Assembly: GCA_965240325.2 (NCBI GenBank)
Contig: OZ251231.1
Span: 2,294,001-2,358,000 of the forward strand
Source of the DNA: Rebecca billardiae RCC1528
Lineage: Eukaryota; Protista; Haptophyta
DNA: 64,000 bases
Reading direction: 5' to 3'
Made by a program: the position numbers and the translations under genes. The notes beneath the pieces are model-generated. The model was given only the letters and a program-made list of their open reading frames with translations, made no database searches and was not told where the DNA came from. This document shows, piece by piece, positions 56,901-64,000 of the stretch; within the stretch, counting starts at the first letter, position 1, and each line of letters begins with the position of its first letter.

Positions 56901-59900
56901 GCCTCGCTGCACGACTCCGCGTGGCGGCTGGCGGAGGCGTGGGAGGCGCAGGACGCCGTGCAGATCGACGACGGCGCGGGCTCGGTGGTGGGCGCGCGCT
57001 CGCCCGCCGAGCACGCGCGCGCCGCGGCGGAGGCGGGCGCGGGCGCGGGCGCGCCGGCGGGCGAGGTGCATGCCGAGCTGCAGCGCTCGTTCGCCGCGGT
57101 CGCCGAGGAGCGCCGCCTCCTGCGCGCAGACGTGCAGCAGCTGCAGCAGGCGCAGGCGGATGCGCACGCCAAGCGCACCGCCACGGCCGGCGGCGCGCAG
57201 GCCGGCGGCGGCGGCGGCGGTGGCGGCGGCTCGTGCTCCTCGCGCGGCCGCTCGCCCGGCCGCGCGGCGGGCGGCGGGGACGCCGAGCTCGCCCTCGCCG
57301 TCCGGCTCAAGGAGGAGCTCATCCGCGACCTCGTCCGGCAGGAGGCGGAGGCGCGCGCCGCGCTGAGCGACGCCGAGGCGCGCTCGGAGCATCTTGCCGC
57401 TGAGCTCGACTCGCTGCGCGCTGCGTATGAGGCGGCGGCGGCGGCCGCGACGGACGGTGGGGCGCGCGCGGAGGCGCTGCGCGCGGAGTACGAGCGCAAG
57501 TTCGCCGAGTCCGAGGCGCAGATCGAGTCGCTCACCGAGCGGCAGCGCGCGCACGACAGGCTGGCGCGCGACAAGGCGGGCGCCGAGCGCAGGCTGAGAG
57601 ACACGGCGGCAGAGCTCTCGCGCGTGCGCGCGCAGTACGAGGGCATGCGAAGGCGCTCCGAGGCGGCGGGGCGCGGGGAGTGCGGCGGCGGCGGCGGCGG
57701 CACGGCCAAGTCGGAGGCCGCGCTCCAGGCCAACGCGCGCGAGATCTCCGAGCTGCGCAAGCGCGTGGACGCGCGCGAAAGGCGCATCCGAGAGCTCGAG
57801 TCGAGCCACGCGCGCACCGCGTCCGAGCTGGGCGCGGGGCAGCAGGGCGGGCAGGGGCAGCAGGGCGCGCACGCGCGCGGCGCGGCGGAGGGCAAGCCGA
57901 GGCGCGCGCCGAGCAGGCCAGCCGCCGCCGGCGGCAGGCTGAGCGCCGGCGGTGGCGCGGCCGGCGGCGCGGCGGCGCGCGCCGCCGCTCAGCGCGCCGC
58001 GGGCGCGACGGGCGCGCGCGCGCCGCCGCCGCCGGCTGGCAGCAGCGTGCCGATCACGCCTCGCAAGCCGCCCGCCACGGCGGCGGCGGGCGGCGGCGGC
58101 GGCGGTGCCGCCAACGCCGCCGCCGGGCGGCTCGCGCGCCCCGCGAGCGCGCCTCAGCTCGACGACGCCCCGGGCTCGGACGCGCCGCGCGCCGCGCTCG
58201 ACGCCCACCTGCACGCGCTCGTGAGCAGCCAGCAGGCGGCCGCGCGGCTGGAGCGCGAGCAGGCGCGGCGCGACGCGGCGGCGCGCGAGCGGCACGGCGC
58301 GACTCTCTCGCGTGAGCGCGTGCGCATGCGCGCCGCCGCGTCCACCGCCGAGCTGCGCAGCGCGCTCGACGACGGCGCGCGCGAGCTCGCGCGACTCGAG
58401 GCGGAAGCGGGCGCGGCCGAGGCGCGCGCGCGCGCGGACTCGGCCACCGACGCTGACGGCGACGCTCTCGTCCGTCTGCGCGGCGAGCGCGCGGCGACCG
58501 CGGACCGGCTGGCGCGGCTGCAGGCTCGCGTGGACGCGGTCGCCGCGGCCGACAGCGCCGAGCTCCGGCAGCTCGACGAGCAGATCGACTCGCTCGACGC
58601 CGCGATCGAGTGGTGCGCGCGCGGCCGTGCGCGCGCGGCCGTGCGCGAGCAAGCGCGCGCGAGGGCGGCGCGTGTGGCGCGGCCGCGCGCCGACACGGCC
58701 GCGCGCGCACCGTGCGCACCGCGCTCACCGCTGCCACGCGACGCGCGCCGTGCCGCGCCATGTGCTGCGCTGCCGCCCCCCTGACGGCTGTCGGCGCGCG
58801 CGGCTGCCCCGCCGCAGGCATGACGACACGCTCGCCGATCTGAGGCGCGCGCTCGTCGGCACGGAGGATGCCGCGCCGATGGAGGCGGTGCGCGCACGGC
58901 CGCCGCCGCGCGCGCGTGTGCCTCTGGGCCTCTGGGCTGGACGGCGCCGCCGCCCTTCCGCGCGCGCGCCGGGGCGTGCGCGCTCGCCAGCCGACCGCCG
59001 CCGCCGCGCGCCCCCGCCCGCGCGCCGCGCGCCCGCGCCCGGCGGCGCAGGCTGTGCGCGCGCTCGCGCCCGAGCAGGCCAAGGGCTTGCTCGGCGGCTA
59101 CATCGCCCAGCTGGTGGACGCGCGGCGCGCGCTCGACGCGAGCGCGCACCAAGGCGAGCGGCAGCGCGCGCAGCTCGCAGAGGCGTCCGAGCAGCTGCGC
59201 GAGCAGGCGGCGTCCATGGCGCTGGCCGCCAAGGAGGCGGAGCGCAGGTGCGCGCGCGCCGGCGCGCGCGGCGCGCGCTGGACGCCTCCGACGCGCCGCC
59301 AAGCCCACCCGCGCCCCGCACCGCCGCCCCCGCCCTCTCCGGCGCACACGCTCGCGCGCGCCGCGCGCGCGCGCAGGCAGGAGCGGCAGCGGCAGGAGCA
59401 TGAGCTCGAGAAGCAGTCGCTGCTCAGGCAGCTGCGCGCGCACAGGGCAGACGGCGGCGCGGGCGCCGAGGGCGCGGCGCAGCTGCAGCGCGCGCTGCGC
59501 GAGCGGGAGGACCAGGTCGCCGCCCTCGAGCGCGACAACTTCTACTTCAAGGCGGCGGCGAAGGAGCTACGCCGACAGCTGCGCGAGGCGCAGGCGGCGG
59601 GCGGCGCGGAGGGCGGCGCGCCGCCGCCCGCCGCCGTGCCGGAGGGCGACGCGGAGCGGCTGCGGCGCGAGAACGCTCTCCTCGCCAACGAGCTGACCAA
59701 CCTCAAGACATACCTGCTGCGCAACCCGTCCGCGCAGATGGTGCGAGTCTCAAAGCGCGAGCAGACGCTGCTCAGCCCGCACCCCGCGGGGCCGGCGGGG
59801 CCGGAGGCGCGCGTCACGGGCGCGCCGCCGCCGCCCGCCTCGGCGCTGCCGCACCACCGCCACGCGCACGCGCAGCCGCAGCAGGCAGCAGCGCCGCCGC

Positions 59901-59968
59901 GGCCGCGGCCGACGACCGCGCACGACGCATCGCTGTCGTCGGCGGATGGCGCGAGCAGCCTGAGGTGA
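53974..59968 (+). CDS. Kinesin, kinesin-4-like (KIF27/KIF7/KIF21 type), multi-exon
   Basis: [74 protein letters not shown]; long coiled-coil tail. Confidence 0.92.
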
Positions 59969-60405
59969 CGATGAGTATCAGATAGTCGCGCGATGAGGAG
60001 CCGCGTGTAGTCGGCGCGCATCTCAGCGACGACTTTATTCGTCACTGCTTCGTCTTGTCGTCGACTCGCGAGTATATATTGACTGTTGACAGCAGCTATA
60101 GCAGCCCAAGTAGCATCACGTGATGACACATCGACATCGTCGACTAGCCCGAGTAGCCGCGTATATATCGTCAATAGAAAGTAGCGCGCACGGCGCAGCG
60201 CCAGAGTCGTCGTATCATCGTCGCGCGTATCATAGTCTCGGCACTAGATTACGCAGCGCGGCAGCATGAGCAGCGCGACGCCCCAATCAACGAGTATGAC
60301 GACTCAGCCGATGCCACGCAGAGCCACACTGCTCGGCTGACCGGTGACCGTCGCTCCGCCTACAGACAGACCGCTGAGTGCACGACCGCAGCTCCGGCGA
60401 TGCCG

Positions 60406-62601
60406 TCATGAGTTGGGCACGCGCGGCCCCGTCGCCCTGCTGCGACTCCCCACCGGCGGCGACACCCTCACCTTCCCCGCAGCCGGGCTCGCGCCGCCCG
60501 CACGCGCCGCCTTGGGGCTGGGGTCGCCGCCCTTGCCGCCGCTGCCACCGCCCGGCACAGCCAGCGAGCCGTCGCCGTCGCGCGCGCCCTTTGGCGACGG
60601 ATCGCGATCGGCGCCCGCCGGCGGGACGGCGAGCGCGCCGTCCCTCGCGGGCGCCGGCGGATCGGGCGCCGGCGGCGGCCACGGCACGCCTTTCCGCTCC
60701 GCCGCCAGCCGCTGCATCGTGACGGTGGTGCTCACCACAAGCGTCATGCGCTGCGCGCCGGCGGCGGGCGGCGGCGGGCGGGCGAGGGGCGCGCACGGCG
60801 CGCGCGCGTGAGCGGCGTCAGCGCGTGCCGCTGCGGTGGCGGCGGCAGGGCGGCGCGCGGCGCGGCGGCGACGCGCGCGCGCACCCGCCAGCGCCGCTCC
60901 GCGTTGAACCTGCGCATCATCTCGTGCACCGTGTCGAGCGAGTTGTACGACGTCTCGAGGTCCTCGCCGCCCGTCACCCAGGGGTGCTGCAGCGTCTCCC
61001 GTGTCGTGTATCGCTGCATCGGGTTGGAGCGCAGCAGGCGGACGATCAGGTCCTTCGCCTTGTCCGAGGCGGGCTTGTCTTCGGGGAGATCGTACGCGCC
61101 CTTTTTGATTTTGGCGAACAGCTCGTCGCGGCTGGGCGCGACGAAGGGCAGCGTGCCGTACACACTGCGAGCGCGCGCGCGAGCGCGGCGGTCGGTGGTG
61201 GCGGCGGCGGGTGGCGGCGGCGCGCGGCGGCGGCGGGCGCGGGCGCGGCGGTCGGTGAGTGCCTGCGCGTCGAGCGCGCACGCCGCCGCCGCGCGAGCGC
61301 GGCGGCGCGGTTGCGGGCGCGCCCGCGCGCCCGCGCGGCGCGGCTTTCGCACAGTGCGTACGCCAGCACGCCGAGGGACCACATGTCGACCGTCTTGCCG
61401 TAGCCGTCCCCGCCGAGCAGCTCGGGCGCTGCGCGGGGGGAAGGCGCGCGCGCGGCGCGCGGCTCGGCGTGAGGGCGCGCGCGCGCGGTGTGGCGCGGGA
61501 GCGCGCGCGCGCGCGCCCTCGCGCGCGCGCACCGACGTAGCTCGGCGTGCCGCAGCGCGTGGTCAGCCGGCCGTCCTTCATCGTGCTCATGCCGAAGTCT
61601 GTGAGCTTCACGCGCAGAGAGCCGGGCTTCACAAAGAGGATGTTCTCGGGCTTGATGTCGCGGTGGGTGATGTTGCGCGCGTGCAGGTAGCCGATGGCGG
61701 AGGCGACTTGCCTGAAGATCTCCGCCGCGCGCGCGTCGTCGTACGCGCCCTGCTCGTCCAGCTGGTCCTGCAGGTTGCCGCCCTCGACCAGCTCCATGAT
61801 GAGGAACGCGGCAGAGCCAGACGGGTCGGCCGAGAGCTCGCGCAGCAGGACGATGTTGGGGTGGTCGAGGGCCTTGAGGATCTCGGCCTCGTTCACCTCG
61901 AGCCGGAAGTCCTCGACCAGCTGCTTCTGCCGCTCGATCACCTTGATCGCCACCTGCTCGCCCGTCTCCTTGTGCGTCGCCCTCCAGACGGTCCCAAACG
62001 CGCCGCTGCCGAGAGGCTTGTCGAGCGCGTAGTGGTCGGTCACGACGCTCGGCATCGAGTTGCGCTCCGAGTCGATCTTGAGGCTCTGGCGGGTGGCGGG
62101 CGAGCGCGCGGGCCCGCCCTCCTCGCCCTCGCCCTCGCCGTCCGCGCCCGGCGCGCCCTCGGTCACCGTCGCGTACGGTTGCTCGCTCTTGCGCTGCGGC
62201 CGGCCCTGCGGGACGCCGAGCCCCGCCTTGATGGCGGCAGCGCCCTGCGAGTTGGAGCGCGCCATCCGAGGCGCGGGTGGGCGGCTCGGCGGGGTCGACG
62301 TCGCGTTGGCCCGCCCGCCCGCGCTGCCCACAGTCCCGCCGCCCAGGCCCGACGCGAGGGGCGGCCGCGTGGGGGGCGTGGACGATGTGCCGCCGCCGTC
62401 GCCCTGGCTCCGCCGCTGGGCGGCGGGCGAGACGCCGTTCGAGCGCGTGCCGCCTCGCGAGCCGCCCGGCGGCACAAGCCGCTGGCTCGGCACCGTCATC
62501 CCGCGATCGCGCTGCGGCACGCCCGGGTGCTGCGGCTTGTCGTCGGCGTGGGAGATCACAGGACTCGCGGAGGAATGGGTATGCCAGTGGGGCGGGTCCA
62601 T
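60406..62601 (-). CDS. CAMK-group Ser/Thr protein kinase (3 introns); start uncertain
   Basis: LGSGAFGTV, VAIKVI, HRDIKPEN, DFG, CGTPSYV|APE, DMWSLGV, LQHPWV, then MRRFNAERRWR autoinhibitory/CaM-binding-like segment. Confidence 0.9.
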   Translation of the reverse strand: MDPPHWHTHSSASPVISHADDKPQHPGVPQRDRGMTVPSQRLVPPGGSRGGTRSNGVSPAAQRRSQGDGGGTSSTPPTRPPLASGLGGGTVGSAGGRANATSTPPSRPPAPRMARSNSQGAAAIKAGLGVPQGRPQRKSEQPYATVTEGAPGADGEGEGEEGGPARSPATRQSLKIDSERNSMPSVVTDHYALDKPLGSGAFGTVWRATHKETGEQVAIKVIERQKQLVEDFRLEVNEAEILKALDHPNIVLLRELSADPSGSAAFLIMELVEGGNLQDQLDEQGAYDDARAAEIFRQVASAIGYLHARNITHRDIKPENILFVKPGSLRVKLTDFGMSTMKDGRLTTRCGTPSYVGARARGRARARSRATPRARALTPSRAPRARLPPAQRPSCSAGTATARRSTCGPSACWRTHCAKAAPRGRAGAPATAPPRSRGGGVRARRAGTHRPPRPRPPPPRAAATRRRHHRPPRSRARSQCVRHAALRRAQPRRAVRQNQKGRVRSPRRQARLGQGEGPDRPPAALQPDAAIHDTGDAAAPLGDGRRGPRDVVQLARHGARDDAQVQRGAALAGARARRRRAARRPAAATAAARADAAHARAPCAPLARPPPPAAGAQRMTLVVSTTVTMQRLAAERKGVPWPPPAPDPPAPARDGALAVPPAGADRDPSPKGARDGDGSLAVPGGGSGGKGGDPSPKAARAGGASPAAGKVRVSPPVGSRSRATGPRVPNS

Positions 62602-63000
62602 GTGGGTTCTCAGGATGGCTGAGGAAACGAGAGATCCATGCCTCCATGGTGCTCTTCAATTATCCCGCAATCATATCGCCAGATGGGTAATTTCCATATG
62701 AGAATAGGCGCAGCGCGGCAGCGGCCGAGCGGGCGCCGGGCGGGTGCTCACATATTAATCAACTGCTGCCAGGAAGCGATGAACAAGGGGCGGGGGTGAT
62801 ACAGCCGATGAGGAGTTGCCGGGCACATGTGACATGAGTGAAGAACTGAGCAGCGCGTGGACGCCACCGTGACGCCACCGTGGTCATCGCAATACGGAAA
62901 GCGCCGGACCGAAAGGCGTCACGGTCTCAAGGGCGGAGATCTTGGGAGTGTGGGACACGCCCACATGACGCGTGGCTCGCGGTGCGTGCGCACCCGCGCA

Positions 63001-63999
63001 TCACGAGCCGTGCGCCGCGCCCCACGCGACGTTGCGCACGTGCAGCTCGCCCCGCTCGCACAGCCCAGAGCGCTGAATCGTCGGCGGCTCGCCGGGCTTG
63101 GCCCGGCGGCACAGCGCCGCCGTGCGGCCTATCGGCGCGAAGCCGATGCTGCGCAAGTACTGCAGGGCCTCGTCGCACGGCTCCTGCCCGCGGTACAGCG
63201 GTGGGCAGTTGGGCGAGCGCGACTCGAAGACGATGTCGCGCACGCGCGCGCGCAGCACCGCCGGCTGCGCGCTGCGCAGCACGCCAAAGTCGAGCCCCTG
63301 CATGTCCATCCTGAGGAGGGTGACGGGGAGAGTGCCCGCGAGGCTGAGCGCGCGCTCGAGCGTGATCACGGGCACCGCGCGCACCTCCTGCAGCTTGCGG
63401 CACCACCGGCCCCACCGCACCTCGGGGTTGAAGTCGGCGAGCGAGGAGCAGCCGGACACCAGCCCCGTGCGGAACTGGCCGGGGCCGCTCACGTTGGCGC
63501 GCGGCGCGACGGCAAACGGCAGCACGAGCCCGCGCGCGTGCTGCGCGCCAGCCGGCGGCGTGCGGCCGTCGGCGCTGCGCAGCGTGTGGCCCGCTTGCTC
63601 GGGCGCGCCCCGCGCCCGCTTCGCCACCTGCCGGTGCATCAGCGCCGCCCACTTGTCGAGCAGCGGCTCGAAGGAGAGCAGCTTCACGCCCGCGCGGCTG
63701 CCCCGCCCCAGGCTGTCCTGCAGCACGTCCCGGTCCGAGCAGCCGATCTCGACAAACGCACTTGTGTGCGGGCCGGGGTCGGGGGTGCGCGCGCCGCCGT
63801 GGCGGGCGTCGGCGCCCTCGCGACCGTCGGCGTCGAGGGATGCGACATGCAGCGGCACGGTCAGCGGCGAGCCCGTGGAAGGGCGCCAGCGCAACCGCCC
63901 CTTCATCCGATTCCGAGGCGGCTGAGGCGCGGCGGCACCCGGCGCCGTGGGCGGCGCCCACCTCCCTGGCGCCGAGAGCGTGACAAGCAAGGCCGCGCA
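63001..63999 (-). CDS. FkbM-like SAM-dependent methyltransferase (5' end outside window)
   Basis: FVEIGC, LLSFEP, GCSSL, VPVITLE, LLRMDMQGLDFGVLRS, VRDIVFE. Confidence 0.7.
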   Translation of the reverse strand, partial: CAALLVTLSAPGRWAPPTAPGAAAPQPPRNRMKGRLRWRPSTGSPLTVPLHVASLDADGREGADARHGGARTPDPGPHTSAFVEIGCSDRDVLQDSLGRGSRAGVKLLSFEPLLDKWAALMHRQVAKRARGAPEQAGHTLRSADGRTPPAGAQHARGLVLPFAVAPRANVSGPGQFRTGLVSGCSSLADFNPEVRWGRWCRKLQEVRAVPVITLERALSLAGTLPVTLLRMDMQGLDFGVLRSAQPAVLRARVRDIVFESRSPNCPPLYRGQEPCDEALQYLRSIGFAPIGRTAALCRRAKPGEPPTIQRSGLCERGELHVRNVAWGAAHGS

Positions 64000-64000
64000 G

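Noticed and set aside
1-64000. tRNA/rRNA genes or a functional gene cluster
   Set aside because: No RNA-gene signatures seen, and neighbouring genes have unrelated functions

Overview
Very GC-rich eukaryotic nuclear DNA with short GC-rich GT-AG introns and a nuclear plastid gene carrying a bipartite signal + 'ARAF' leader. This fits an alga with a secondary red plastid; a Pavlovales-type haptophyte is my inference. About 20 tightly packed protein genes are present: RCC1 repeat, ENY2/Sus1, myosin, FTR catalytic subunit, ARM repeat, condensin CAP-H2, ARM-BTB, quinone oxidoreductase, F-box/LRR, beta-helix-C2 membrane protein, GT77-like transferase, WW-RRM, histidine phosphatase, MLO-EF-hand, YjjX-type ITPase, kinesin-4-like, CAMK-like kinase and an FkbM-like methyltransferase. 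Intergenic DNA is dense in non-autonomous mobile elements. Highlights: (1) a 775-bp TG..CA element with a 5-bp TSD whose 278-bp TIRs each end in a loop-less 96-bp palindrome centred on CGCGCG; (2) five Helentron/DINE-1-like elements from two families that share end architecture and a conserved spacer, one nested in another, two head-to-head, two carrying gene-fragment cargo; (3) an MLO-like protein with a His-rich ectodomain fused to a four-EF-hand module; (4) a recent non-autonomous Copia element with minisatellite-bearing LTRs, a MITE, a TIR element with decayed Cys-rich coding remnants and a 397-bp fold-back duplication. Most long Ala/Arg/Gly ORFs in the track are GC artefacts or intron read-through.
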